Origin: Candidatus Omnitrophota bacterium
GTDB lineage: Bacteria > Omnitrophota > Gorgyraeia > VGKH01
DNA length: 64,000 bases
Direction: 5' to 3'
Assembly: GCA_022703055.1 (NCBI GenBank)
Contig: JAKLEP010000001.1
Location: forward strand, 282,850-346,849
This document shows positions 25,396 to 34,738 of the stretch, one piece after another. The stretch's first letter is position 1; every line of letters begins with the position of its first letter. The translations under genes were made by a program, and so were the position numbers. Under the pieces are notes generated by a model, which did no database searches, had not been told where the DNA came from, and saw only the letters and a list, made by a program, of their open reading frames with translations.

Positions 25396-25614
25396 ATGCC
25401 AAAAGAAGAAGCCATAGAGGTAGAAGGAACAATTTTAGAGTCTTTACCCAATGCGATGTTCCGCGTGGAGCTGGATAACGGCCATAAGGTATTGGCTCAT
25501 GTATCAGGAAAAATCAGGATGCATTTTATAAGGATTCTACCGGGCGACAGAGTCAAATTGGAATTGTCTCCTTACGATTTAAGCAGGGGAAGGATAACTT
25601 TTAGGTGCAAATAA
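25396..25614 (+). CDS. infA: Translation initiation factor IF-1
   Basis: 72 aa: [46 protein letters not shown]. Confidence 0.98.
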   Translation: MPKEEAIEVEGTILESLPNAMFRVELDNGHKVLAHVSGKIRMHFIRILPGDRVKLELSPYDLSRGRITFRCK

Positions 25615-25615
25615 A

Positions 25616-25729
25616 ATGAAAGTAAAATCATCGGTCAAGAAAATTTGTGATAGATGCAAGATTATCAGGCGCAAAGGCGTCATTAGGGTAATTTGTTTTA
25701 ACCCTAAACATAAACAAAGACAAGGTTGA
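25616..25729 (+). CDS. rpmJ: 50S ribosomal protein L36
   Basis: Not in the ORF track because it is too short. Hand translation gives [37 protein letters not shown] (37 aa, zinc-ribbon CxxC...C..H) in the canonical infA-rpmJ-rpsM position. Confidence 0.93.
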   Translation: MKVKSSVKKICDRCKIIRRKGVIRVICFNPKHKQRQG

Positions 25730-25756
25730 TTTTAAAAACCAGAAGGTGATAATTTT

Positions 25757-26149
25757 ATGCCCAGAATATTAGGTTTAGACTTACCGAAAGACAAGCGTAT
25801 CGAGATATCTTTGACTTATTTTTACGGGATTGGACGGACTCTGTCTAATAAGATACTAAAGGATGCCAATATCGATCCTAACAAGAGAGCTAAGGATTTA
25901 TCGGAAGAGGAAATTTCAAAAATTGCTGCGTTAATACAGAAGAATTACAGGGTTGAAGGGGATTTAAAAAGAGAAATCGCCCAGAATGTAAAGAGATTGA
26001 TTGATATCGGTTCCTATAGAGGCTCGAGACACAGAAGAGGTCTTCCGGCAAGAGGTCAGCGCACCAGAACTAATGCCCGCACACGCAAAGGGCCTAAGAA
26101 GAACGTCGGTATCATGAAAGCTGCAGCAGAAAAACCAGCAGCAGCTTAG
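25757..26149 (+). CDS. rpsM: 30S ribosomal protein S13
   Basis: 130 aa: [27 protein letters not shown]..., [28 protein letters not shown]. Confidence 0.97.
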   Translation: MPRILGLDLPKDKRIEISLTYFYGIGRTLSNKILKDANIDPNKRAKDLSEEEISKIAALIQKNYRVEGDLKREIAQNVKRLIDIGSYRGSRHRRGLPARGQRTRTNARTRKGPKKNVGIMKAAAEKPAAA

Positions 26150-26168
26150 CGAAAGGCAAGAATATTTT

Positions 26169-26546
26169 ATGGAAGAAAAAAAGAAAAAAGTAGTACAGAA
26201 AGTAACTAGCGGCGTGGTGCATGTCAGCGCCACGTTCAATAATACCATTGTTACTATTACCGATAAAAAAGGAAATGCCTTAGCGTGGTCATCTCCCGGG
26301 ATAGTGGGCTTCAGCGGTTCTAAGAAATCAACTCCTTTTGCCGCACAGGTAGCAGCGGCAGATGCTGCAAAGAAAGCCAAAGAAATGGGCATGGAGGAAG
26401 TTGATGTTATAGTGAAAGGCCCCGGTTCAGGAAGAGAAGCGGCAGTAAGAGCCCTTAAGGCATCGGGATTAAAGATTAATAATGTTAGAGATATAACTCC
26501 GCAGCCGCATAACGGCTGCCGTTCCAGAAAAAGAAGAAGGGTGTAG
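26169..26546 (+). CDS. rpsK: 30S ribosomal protein S11
   Basis: 125 aa: [28 protein letters not shown]..., [17 protein letters not shown]. Confidence 0.97.
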   Translation: MEEKKKKVVQKVTSGVVHVSATFNNTIVTITDKKGNALAWSSPGIVGFSGSKKSTPFAAQVAAADAAKKAKEMGMEEVDVIVKGPGSGREAAVRALKASGLKINNVRDITPQPHNGCRSRKRRRV

Positions 26547-26557
26547 AAAGAGGTTTT

Positions 26558-27190
26558 ATGGCAAGATATATCGGACCAAGTTGTAGGCTTTGTCGTCGGG
26601 AAGCAATGAAATTATTCTTGAAGGGTACGAGATGCACTACAGAAAAGTGTTCTTTTGCAAGAAGACAGTACATCCCTGGTCAGCACGGACAGAAACAGAC
26701 TAGGCAAAAGCTATCAAACTATGCACAGCAGTTAAGGGAAAAACAGAAGGTAAAGAGAATTTACGGTATCCTTGAGAGACAATTCCGTAATTATTTTGAA
26801 AAAGCAGCCAAGACAAAAGGTGTTACTGGTGAAACTCTATTGCAATATTTGGAAAGGCGTATAGACAATGTAGTTTTTCACCTTCATTTGGCTACATCTC
26901 GTTCGGAAGCGCGCCAGATTGTCAGGCATAATCATGTATACGTAAATAATCATAAAGTAAATGTTCCTTCTTTTTTGGTTAAGAAGGACGATGCTATAGA
27001 AGTAAAGGCTAAAGAGACATTCCGCAAGAAACTGCAGAATAATTTAGAGGTTTCTAAAGAACGCGGCATGCCGGCTTGGCTTGAGTTTGATGCGAACAAT
27101 TTCAAGGCAAAGGTATTGAGATTGCCTGAAAGAGCAGATATTAGTTTGCCTATTAAAGAGCAATTGATCGTAGAATTATATTCTAAATAG
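26558..27190 (+). CDS. rpsD: 30S ribosomal protein S4
   Basis: 210 aa: MARYIGPSCRLCRREAMKLFLKGTRC, followed by an S4 RNA-binding domain. Confidence 0.97.
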   Translation: MARYIGPSCRLCRREAMKLFLKGTRCTTEKCSFARRQYIPGQHGQKQTRQKLSNYAQQLREKQKVKRIYGILERQFRNYFEKAAKTKGVTGETLLQYLERRIDNVVFHLHLATSRSEARQIVRHNHVYVNNHKVNVPSFLVKKDDAIEVKAKETFRKKLQNNLEVSKERGMPAWLEFDANNFKAKVLRLPERADISLPIKEQLIVELYSK

Positions 27191-27218
27191 TTTAAGAAAC
27201 AATTCTTAGGAGGTAAGA

Positions 27219-28211
27219 ATGGGGATTAAATGGAGAGATTTCCAGATGCCTAAGAGGCTGGAATGCGATGAGGCATCTTATACCAATACCTATGGAAAAT
27301 TCTTGGCTGAGCCTTTTGAGAGAGGCTACGGAGTAACGTTGGGGAATTCTTTAAGGCGCGTACTTTTATCTTCGATAGAAGGCAGCGCTGTTACATCAGT
27401 AAAATTTGACGGAGTATCGCATGAATTTTCTTCGATCCCGGGAGTTTTGGAAGATGTCACGGATATAGTATTGAACATCAAAAATCTGGTTTTGAGATCT
27501 CATTCTAAGGCGCCCAAAGCAATCTATATTAAGGCAGACAAAAAAGGGGCAATCACCGCCAAGGATATTATTACAGACGAGACGATTGAGGTTTTAAATC
27601 CCGAACTCCATATAGCCACTCTTACCAAAGATATCAAATTTAACATGGAGTTGCAGGTCAGCAAGGGAAGAGGCTATGTACCGGCTGAGATGAATAAAAA
27701 AGAAGAACAGACTTTGGGAGTAATTGCCATAGATTCCATATTTACTCCGGTTAAAAAAGTAAATTTCTTCGTGGAGAATACCCGCGTAGGCCAGAGGACA
27801 GATTACGATAAGTTGATTCTGGAAATCTGGACCAACGGCGGAGTAAGTCCTAAAGATGCGCTTTTATACGCCGCAAACATATTACAGAGGCATCTTGATG
27901 TCTTTGTTAATTTTGGCCAGCTTCCCGAAGAAGAAGAGGAAATAGAGGAGATTTCAGCGGAAGAAAAAGCACTGTACGAGAAGCTAAGACTTCCCATCTC
28001 GGAATTGGAACTATCAGTAAGAAGCTCCAATTGTTTGAGAGAGGAAAAGATCAAATCCCTTGGCGATTTGGTCAGGAAATCAGAGTCTGAACTTTTACAG
28101 GTGCGTAATTTCGGAAAGAAATCCTTAAGTGAAATATCAGCGCTTCTTAAAGGCATGGGCCTATCGTTAGGCATGAAGGTAGACTTAAAGAAGCTAAGAA
28201 AGACAGAATAA
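27219..28211 (+). CDS. rpoA: DNA-directed RNA polymerase subunit alpha
   Basis: 330 aa. N-terminal domain: FLAEPFERGYGVTLGNSLRRVLLSSIEG. C-terminal domain: ELELSVRSSNCLREEKIKSLGDLV. Confidence 0.98.
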   Translation: MGIKWRDFQMPKRLECDEASYTNTYGKFLAEPFERGYGVTLGNSLRRVLLSSIEGSAVTSVKFDGVSHEFSSIPGVLEDVTDIVLNIKNLVLRSHSKAPKAIYIKADKKGAITAKDIITDETIEVLNPELHIATLTKDIKFNMELQVSKGRGYVPAEMNKKEEQTLGVIAIDSIFTPVKKVNFFVENTRVGQRTDYDKLILEIWTNGGVSPKDALLYAANILQRHLDVFVNFGQLPEEEEEIEEISAEEKALYEKLRLPISELELSVRSSNCLREEKIKSLGDLVRKSESELLQVRNFGKKSLSEISALLKGMGLSLGMKVDLKKLRKTE

Positions 28212-28212
28212 T

Positions 28213-28791
28213 ATGCGACACAGAAATGCAAATAAACGTTTAGCAAGAAACACCTCGCTCAGAAAAGCTACGGTTAGGGATTTAGCTAAGTCGGTTCTTT
28301 TGCATCAGTCGATAAAGACTACCGAATTAAAGGCAAAAGAAGCAAGGCGCTTGGTGGATCGACTCATCAGCTGGGGTAAAAGAGGCGATTTGAGCGCAAA
28401 ACGCCTAGCTTATTCAGTCCTTTGTGACCACAGCTTGGTGAGTTTATTGTTTAACGATATTGCCCCGCGTTTTAAGAATAGAAACGGCGGATACACCCGC
28501 GTCATAAAATGGACCGCAAGACGTGGCGATAATGCGCAAAGCGCAATCCTAGAACTTACCGAGTTGAAGATAAAAGAGAAAATACATAAGCCGAAGGCTA
28601 AGGAAGAGCACCACGAAAAGAAGGAAAAAGAGCAGCTTCCTGTTAAAGAGAAGCCTGTTCAAGAGAAAGACAAGGCAGAGGCGCAAGCCAAGCCCCAGGT
28701 TGAGAAAAAACAGATAAAAGAATCCAAGCCTCCCAAGAAATTTATCGGCGGCTTTGGCAAATTCTTCAAGAAAGAAAGAGATTCATTATAA
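28213..28791 (+). CDS. rplQ: 50S ribosomal protein L17 with long Lys/Glu-rich C-terminal extension
   Basis: 192 aa. An L17 core (MRHRNANKRLARNTSLRKATVRDLA..., GGYTRV) is followed by a charged tail of about 70 aa. Confidence 0.95.
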   Translation: MRHRNANKRLARNTSLRKATVRDLAKSVLLHQSIKTTELKAKEARRLVDRLISWGKRGDLSAKRLAYSVLCDHSLVSLLFNDIAPRFKNRNGGYTRVIKWTARRGDNAQSAILELTELKIKEKIHKPKAKEEHHEKKEKEQLPVKEKPVQEKDKAEAQAKPQVEKKQIKESKPPKKFIGGFGKFFKKERDSL

Positions 28792-28803
28792 TTCCTAATT
28801 CAA

Positions 28804-29964
28804 ATGAATCTTGCCCGAAGAGTTAAAGATGTCTTAGATTCTCCTACTCTAGCTTTGACCTCCAAGGTCAAGCAGCTAAAGAAAGAAGGCTTTGACGTCA
28901 TCAACTTTACCGCCGGCGAACCTGATTTTGATACCCCCAAAGAAATAAAACAAGCTGCAATTGACGCTATTAACAAAGGCTTCACCAAATACACCCCTTC
29001 CGCAGGCACTCAAGAATTAAAAGAAGCAATTTGCGAAAAATTCAAGAGGGATAATTCTTTGGATTATTCCCCTAATCAGGTTATTGTTTCCTGCGGGGCA
29101 AAACATTCTCTGTTCAATATCGTTGAGGCATTAATTGAGAGAGATGATGAGGTAATTATCCCGTCGCCTTTCTGGGTAAGCTATCCTGAGATGGCAAAAT
29201 TAGTTGAGGCCAAGACTGTATTCTTGGAAACCGAGCCATTAAATAATTTTAAGATAGATTTAAAGAAATTTGAGAAGGCGATTACTAAAAAAACCAAGGC
29301 ATTTATTTTGAATTCTCCATCTAACCCAACAGGTTCGGTCTATAGCCGTCAAGAGCTGGAAAAGATCGCAGAAATCTGCGTCGCCAATAAAATCTTCGTG
29401 ATTAGCGACGAGATTTATGAGAAATTGATATATGATAACCAAAAGCATGTTTCAATCGCGTCTTTCGGGAAAGATATCTATGATTTGACTATTACAGTCA
29501 ATGGTATGTCCAAGGCATTTTCTATGACCGGTTGGCGCATCGGATATTTGGGCGCTCCGCAGGAAATAGCCAGCGCCGTTAAAAGAATACAGGACCACTC
29601 GACGTCCAATCCTGCATCAATTAGCCAGGCAGCGGCTTTGGCGGCGTTAAAGATGCCTGAAGATCAGGTTATAAAGATGCGCGAAGAGTTCGAAAAAAGG
29701 CGTAATTACATGATTGAAAGGTTGGATAAGATTAAGAAGTTAAGTTATATCAAACCGCAAGGCGCGTTTTATCTATTTTGTAATATTTCCCAGATAAAAA
29801 TGGGTTCGCATGAGTTCGCCAAGAAACTCCTCGATGATACCAAGGTTGCGCTTATTCCGGGGAAAGATTTTGGCCGCGATGATTTTGTACGCATAAGTTT
29901 CGCCACAGATCTTGAAAGTATCAAAAAAGGCATGGATAGAATCGAACAATGGGTAAGACAATAG
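28804..29964 (+). CDS. Class I/II pyridoxal-phosphate aminotransferase (aspartate aminotransferase-like)
   Basis: 386 aa with the PLP-lysine context NGMSKAFSMTGWRIGY. Also NSPSNPTGSVY and ISDEIYEKLIYD. Confidence 0.85.
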   Translation: MNLARRVKDVLDSPTLALTSKVKQLKKEGFDVINFTAGEPDFDTPKEIKQAAIDAINKGFTKYTPSAGTQELKEAICEKFKRDNSLDYSPNQVIVSCGAKHSLFNIVEALIERDDEVIIPSPFWVSYPEMAKLVEAKTVFLETEPLNNFKIDLKKFEKAITKKTKAFILNSPSNPTGSVYSRQELEKIAEICVANKIFVISDEIYEKLIYDNQKHVSIASFGKDIYDLTITVNGMSKAFSMTGWRIGYLGAPQEIASAVKRIQDHSTSNPASISQAAALAALKMPEDQVIKMREEFEKRRNYMIERLDKIKKLSYIKPQGAFYLFCNISQIKMGSHEFAKKLLDDTKVALIPGKDFGRDDFVRISFATDLESIKKGMDRIEQWVRQ

Positions 29965-31202
29965 TCGAAAAGATATTAAGCGAGCATTCAGGAAAACAGG
30001 TTTCTGCTGGAGACTATGCGATTTGTAATATAGATTTTTGCTTTGGCCAGGACGGAACAAGCGGTATAATCATTGATAGGATCAAAGAGCTGGGGGCAAA
30101 GAAAATAAAGAATAACAATTTTTGCATGGTCATCGACCATAGCGCGCCCAGCCCATCCATGGGCGTATCAAGAGTCCACGATAAGATGCGTAAATTCGCT
30201 CAAGAGCAGAATGTGGATCTTTTTGATATTGGCTGCGGAGTCTGCCATCAGGTTATCCCCGAATCCGGACGCGTTTTGCCCGGAGATTTAATCGTAGGAG
30301 CCGATTCACATACTTGCACCTACGGAGCGCTAAATGCCTTTGCCACCGGCATGGGCTCGACAGATTTAGCCATAAGTTTATCCACGGGAAGAAACTGGTT
30401 TAGGGTACCCCAGACTTTTAAAATAAAAGTTACGGGCAAAGCTCCCAAGGGAGTATTCGCCAAGGATATAATCCTGTTTATTATCGGGAAATTAGGCGCC
30501 AACGGCTGCACCTATAAGTCAATTGAGTTTTATGGCGATGCGATTGATAGTCTGAGTATGGACGGCCGCTTTACCATGAGCAATATGGTAATTGAAATGG
30601 GCGCTAAGTGCGCATTTTTTAGTGTCGATTCCAAGACTAAAAAATGGCTAAGCGACCACAATGTTAATAGAAAATATTCTCCGGTTGTTGCGGATAGCTC
30701 CGCAGTCTATCAGAAGACATTAGGTTTTGATATTTCAAAGTTGAAGCCGCAGGTTGCCAAGCCTCATGCGGTAGATAATGTGTCATCGATAAACCAAGTA
30801 AAAGGCAAGCCTATCGATGAGGCATATATCGGAACCTGCACCAATGGCAGATTAGAAGATTTAGCCATTGCCTCCGGAATTTTAGAAGGCAAGGTTATAA
30901 ACAAAAGCACTAAATTGGTTGTAGCTCCGGCATCTTCCAGTATTTTCCTTGAGGCTATGAAAAAAGGTTATATTCAGAATTTTGTTCAGGCGGGAGCGGT
31001 AGTAGTAAATCCTGGTTGCGGCCCCTGCGTGGGTACTCATAACGGAGTGCCTGCCGATAATGAAGTTGTTATTTCTACAGCTAACAGAAACTTTAAAGGC
31101 AGAATGGGAAATCCATCGGCATTTATTTATTTAGCTTCGCCGGCCACGGTTGCGGCATCGGCGATAGAAGGCAAGATTACAGACCCAAGAAAATATCTTT
31201 AG
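29949..31202 (+). CDS. leuC: Aconitase-family dehydratase large subunit (LeuC/HacA type, 3-isopropylmalate/homoaconitate hydro-lyase-like)
   Basis: 417 aa with Fe-S ligand contexts GTCTNGRLEDL and NPGCGPCVG, plus ADSHTCTYGALNAF. Substrate specificity cannot be fixed from sequence alone. Confidence 0.85.
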   Translation: MGKTIVEKILSEHSGKQVSAGDYAICNIDFCFGQDGTSGIIIDRIKELGAKKIKNNNFCMVIDHSAPSPSMGVSRVHDKMRKFAQEQNVDLFDIGCGVCHQVIPESGRVLPGDLIVGADSHTCTYGALNAFATGMGSTDLAISLSTGRNWFRVPQTFKIKVTGKAPKGVFAKDIILFIIGKLGANGCTYKSIEFYGDAIDSLSMDGRFTMSNMVIEMGAKCAFFSVDSKTKKWLSDHNVNRKYSPVVADSSAVYQKTLGFDISKLKPQVAKPHAVDNVSSINQVKGKPIDEAYIGTCTNGRLEDLAIASGILEGKVINKSTKLVVAPASSSIFLEAMKKGYIQNFVQAGAVVVNPGCGPCVGTHNGVPADNEVVISTANRNFKGRMGNPSAFIYLASPATVAASAIEGKITDPRKYL

Positions 31203-31214
31203 AAGGAGGATTTG

Positions 31215-32261
31215 ATGGAATTAAAAGATTTGCTTATGTTGACCGTTGAGAAAAAGGCTTCGGATTTGCATTTAACCGAGAATACGCCTCCCATATTAAG
31301 GGTCGACGGGAAATTGATGCTGACAAAATTCTCGCCTCTACAAAGAGAAGATACCAAGCGCCTTATTTACAGTATGTTGACAGATATCCAGAAGGAAATG
31401 TTTGAAAGAGATAAGGAGCTGGATATTTCTTTGGCTCTTCCTGGTTTGGATAGATTCAGGGTTAACGTTCATATCCAAAGAGGCTCAATTGAGGCAGCCT
31501 TTAGAAGAATCCCTAACTTTGTTCCTACCATTGATGAATTAGGCTTGCCAAAAGTTTGCGTTGATTTAGCCAGAAAACCTAACGGCCTGGTTTTAGTCAC
31601 CGGTCCTACGGGCGTGGGAAAAACCACTACTTTGGCGGCAATGATTGAACTTATCAATAATGAACGTGAGGATTTAATTATTTGTATCGAGGATCCTATT
31701 GAGTTTGTGCACGTCAATAAAAAGAGCATTATCAAACAAAGAGAAGTGCACGCCGATACGAATTCTTTTGAACAGGCGCTTAGGCACTGCTTGAGACAGG
31801 ACCCGGATGTTATAGTCGTAGGAGAGATGCGTGATTTAGAGACAATATCGACCACCTTGACTGCTGCCGAGACCGGGCATTTGGTTTTGGCAACTTTGCA
31901 TACTCCCGATGCGCCGCAGACAATCGAAAGAATCATCGACGTATTCCCTCCATACCAGCAACAGCAGGTAAAATTACAGCTTTCCGATTGCTTGCAGGGC
32001 ATTGTTTCTCAGCTGCTTTTACCCCGCATGAGCGGGCAGGGAAGAGTATTGTCTACAGAAGTCCTTATTGCTACTCCTGGCATAAGAAACTTGATACGCG
32101 AACAAGAGATAGAACAGATTCCTACCATGATTCAGACCGGCAGCCAATACGGCATGAAGTCGATGGACAAATCCTTGAAAGAACTGTATCAGGCAGGGAT
32201 CATCAGTTTTGACGTGGCAAAAAGCAAATTGAAGAATCCCGAAGAATTCAAACATTTATAA
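31215..32261 (+). CDS. pilT: Type IV pilus retraction ATPase PilT family
   Basis: About 348 aa with Walker A GPTGVGKTTT, Walker B/Asp box DPDVIVVGEMRD and GHLVLATLHT, plus the PilT signature region ATPGIRNLIRE. The RBS aggagg precedes ATG 31215; TTG 31212 is also in frame. Confidence 0.92.
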   Translation: MELKDLLMLTVEKKASDLHLTENTPPILRVDGKLMLTKFSPLQREDTKRLIYSMLTDIQKEMFERDKELDISLALPGLDRFRVNVHIQRGSIEAAFRRIPNFVPTIDELGLPKVCVDLARKPNGLVLVTGPTGVGKTTTLAAMIELINNEREDLIICIEDPIEFVHVNKKSIIKQREVHADTNSFEQALRHCLRQDPDVIVVGEMRDLETISTTLTAAETGHLVLATLHTPDAPQTIERIIDVFPPYQQQQVKLQLSDCLQGIVSQLLLPRMSGQGRVLSTEVLIATPGIRNLIREQEIEQIPTMIQTGSQYGMKSMDKSLKELYQAGIISFDVAKSKLKNPEEFKHL

Positions 32262-32262
32262 G

Positions 32263-32763
32263 ATGAAGCTTAAAGGTTTTGCCTACAAGTTCTCTGATAA
32301 TATAAATACGGACTGGATTATATCCGGAAGGTATAAATTTGCCGTCACCAACATGGACGAACTAGCCAAACATATTATGGAAGATGTAGAGCCTAATTTC
32401 TATAAAAGGCTAAAACCCGGAAAATCCATTTTGGTGGCAGGCGAAAACTTTGGTATGGGCTCATCCCGAGAACAGGCGCCTTTAGTCATAAAGCACGCAG
32501 GGATTGTCGCGGTGGTGGCAAAAAGTTTTGCCCGTATATTTTATCGCAATGCTTTTAATATCGGTCTCCCTTTGGTAGAGACTAACACCGACAGCATCAA
32601 AGAACAGGATCAACTTGAAATAGACCTTTCAGGGGGCCAGTTGATAAATTTGACAAGAAACAAAAAATTAAAGATTGTTCCGCTTCCTAAATTTATGATG
32701 GAATTAATTTCCGAAGGCGGAGTGGTGGCGCATGTTAAAAAACACGGCGGGTTAAAGATATGA
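32263..32763 (+). CDS. leuD: Aconitase-family dehydratase small subunit (LeuD/HacB type)
   Basis: 166 aa with NINTDWIISG and GENFGMGSSREQAP, the swivel-domain signature. It starts 1 nt after the pilT stop. Confidence 0.88.
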   Translation: MKLKGFAYKFSDNINTDWIISGRYKFAVTNMDELAKHIMEDVEPNFYKRLKPGKSILVAGENFGMGSSREQAPLVIKHAGIVAVVAKSFARIFYRNAFNIGLPLVETNTDSIKEQDQLEIDLSGGQLINLTRNKKLKIVPLPKFMMELISEGGVVAHVKKHGGLKI

Positions 32764-33839
32764 GTTATAAAATTACATTTATCCCCGGAGATGGCATTGG
32801 CCCTGAGGTTTCAGAGGCGGCCAGGCTCTGTGTCGATGCTACAGGGGTAAAAATTGATTGGCAGGAGGCTATTGCGGGCGAGAATGCGATTAAGAAATTC
32901 GGGGAACCTCTTCCCGACGAGACCGTAGCTTCCGTCAGGAAAAACAAGATAGCAATTAAAGGCCCGATTGTGACTCCCATAGCCGGAGGTTTTCGTTCGG
33001 TTAATGTGCAGCTCAGGCAAGCCCTTGATTTATACGCCTGTCTTAGACCAGCAAAATCTTATGAAGGGACTAAATCTTTATTCAAAGACTTAGACCTTGT
33101 GATTGTCAGGGAGAATACCGAGGATTTATACGCCGGGATAGAATTTGAGGATAAAAAACCTGAGACCAAAGAGTTGATCAAGAAGATCGAATTGCTTTCC
33201 AAAAGAGAGATAAGAGAAGATTCTGCGATCTCCATTAAACCCATTTCCGCTTTTGGATCAGAAAGAATCGTCAGATTCGCATTTGAATATGCAAAAAGAA
33301 ATAATCGTAAGAAAGTCACCGCGATCCATAAAGCAAATATCATGAAATTCTCAGATGGATTATTCTTAAAAACAGCCAGAGAGGTTGCCAAAAAATATAG
33401 CGATATTCAATTCGAGGAAGCAATAGTCGACAATATGGCAATGCAGCTTGTCCAAAAGCCGAAGAATTTCGATGTGTTGGTATTGCCTAATCTTTATGGC
33501 GATATAATCTCGGATCTTTGCGCCGGTTTGGTGGGTGGCTTAGGTATCGCCCCCGGCGCAAACATCGGGGATGAAATCGCTCTTTTTGAGGCGGTTCACG
33601 GCTCTGCCCCAAAATATACCGGCCAAAACAAAGTCAATCCCACGGCGATGATTTTATCTGCCGTTTTGATGTTAAGGCATCTGAAAGAAACCAAGGCTGC
33701 AGATAGATTAGAGAACGCCGTAAAAGAGGTCTTAAAAGAAGGCAAATTCGTCACCTACGATTTAAAACAGGATAGAAACGATCCCACCGCAGTAGGCACA
33801 AGACAAATGGCGGAGGCAATATGCCGAAAGTTGCGATAA
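32760..33839 (+). CDS. Isocitrate/homoisocitrate/isopropylmalate dehydrogenase family protein (closest by eye to NAD-dependent IDH type)
   Basis: 359 aa: ITFIPGDGIGPEV, KGPIVTPIAGGFRSVNVQLRQALDLYACLRP, LPNLYGDIISDL. Confidence 0.85.
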   Translation: MSYKITFIPGDGIGPEVSEAARLCVDATGVKIDWQEAIAGENAIKKFGEPLPDETVASVRKNKIAIKGPIVTPIAGGFRSVNVQLRQALDLYACLRPAKSYEGTKSLFKDLDLVIVRENTEDLYAGIEFEDKKPETKELIKKIELLSKREIREDSAISIKPISAFGSERIVRFAFEYAKRNNRKKVTAIHKANIMKFSDGLFLKTAREVAKKYSDIQFEEAIVDNMAMQLVQKPKNFDVLVLPNLYGDIISDLCAGLVGGLGIAPGANIGDEIALFEAVHGSAPKYTGQNKVNPTAMILSAVLMLRHLKETKAADRLENAVKEVLKEGKFVTYDLKQDRNDPTAVGTRQMAEAICRKLR

Positions 33840-34738
33840 TCGGAGCTGGCAACGTCGGTAGCCTTGCGGCCATGCGCATTGTCGAAGAAGCTATAGCCGA
33901 TGTCGTCCTTATAGATATAGCCAAAGATATAGCCAAAGGAAAATCCCTCGACTTAGAAGATTCTCTTTCCGTATTCAGAGTTGACTCCAAAATAAAATCA
34001 ACCGAAGATTTCTCGCAAGTCAAAGACGCCGACGTAATCGTTATTACCGCCGGTTTTCCCAGAAAGCCTGGCATGACCAGGGAGGACCTGCTTAATAAAA
34101 ACGTTGAGATAATAAAAGATGTCGCCCTGAAGATAAAATCGCTTAATTCAAAAGCCGTGATAATCATTTTGACTAATCCTGTAGATTTGATGACGCAGGT
34201 TTTCTATAAGATTACCAACTTTGATGCCAGGAAAGTTATAGGCTTGGGAGCGAGCCTGGATTCGGCGCGTTTTGCCAATTTAATTTCTCAGGAACTTAAT
34301 GTCCCGGTTTCCAAAATTGATGCTTTAGTAGTTGGAGTGCATGGCAAAGGCATGCTCCCTTTGGCTCGGTTCACTAAAGTGGGCGGCAAAATCCTTGCAG
34401 ACTTGCTTGACGAGAAGAAGATTAACGAGTTAACCGAGGCTACCGTCAGTCGCGGCGCAACTATAGTCGCGCATTTGGGATCAGGCAGCGCTTACTTCGC
34501 TCCTTCGGCTGCGATATCCGAGATGGTGAAAGCTATAATCAGAGACGAGAACAAAAAAACAGTTGCTTCAGTTAAACTAAACGGAGAATACGGCCTTAAG
34601 GATATTTTTATTGGCGTGCCAGTAAGATTAGGAAAATCCGGAATAAAAAATATAATTGAGTTAAAACTTAATTCGCAGGAAAAAGATTTATTCTTGAAGG
34701 CCGCCGAGGAATTAAGGAAATGCACGATATCTGTATAA
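33821..34738 (+). CDS. mdh: Malate dehydrogenase (LDH-like family)
   Basis: 305 aa with Rossmann KVAIIGAGNVG. The substrate loop GFPRKPGMTREDLL carries Arg, which is malate-type rather than the Gln of lactate dehydrogenases. Confidence 0.88.
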   Translation: MPKVAIIGAGNVGSLAAMRIVEEAIADVVLIDIAKDIAKGKSLDLEDSLSVFRVDSKIKSTEDFSQVKDADVIVITAGFPRKPGMTREDLLNKNVEIIKDVALKIKSLNSKAVIIILTNPVDLMTQVFYKITNFDARKVIGLGASLDSARFANLISQELNVPVSKIDALVVGVHGKGMLPLARFTKVGGKILADLLDEKKINELTEATVSRGATIVAHLGSGSAYFAPSAAISEMVKAIIRDENKKTVASVKLNGEYGLKDIFIGVPVRLGKSGIKNIIELKLNSQEKDLFLKAAEELRKCTISV

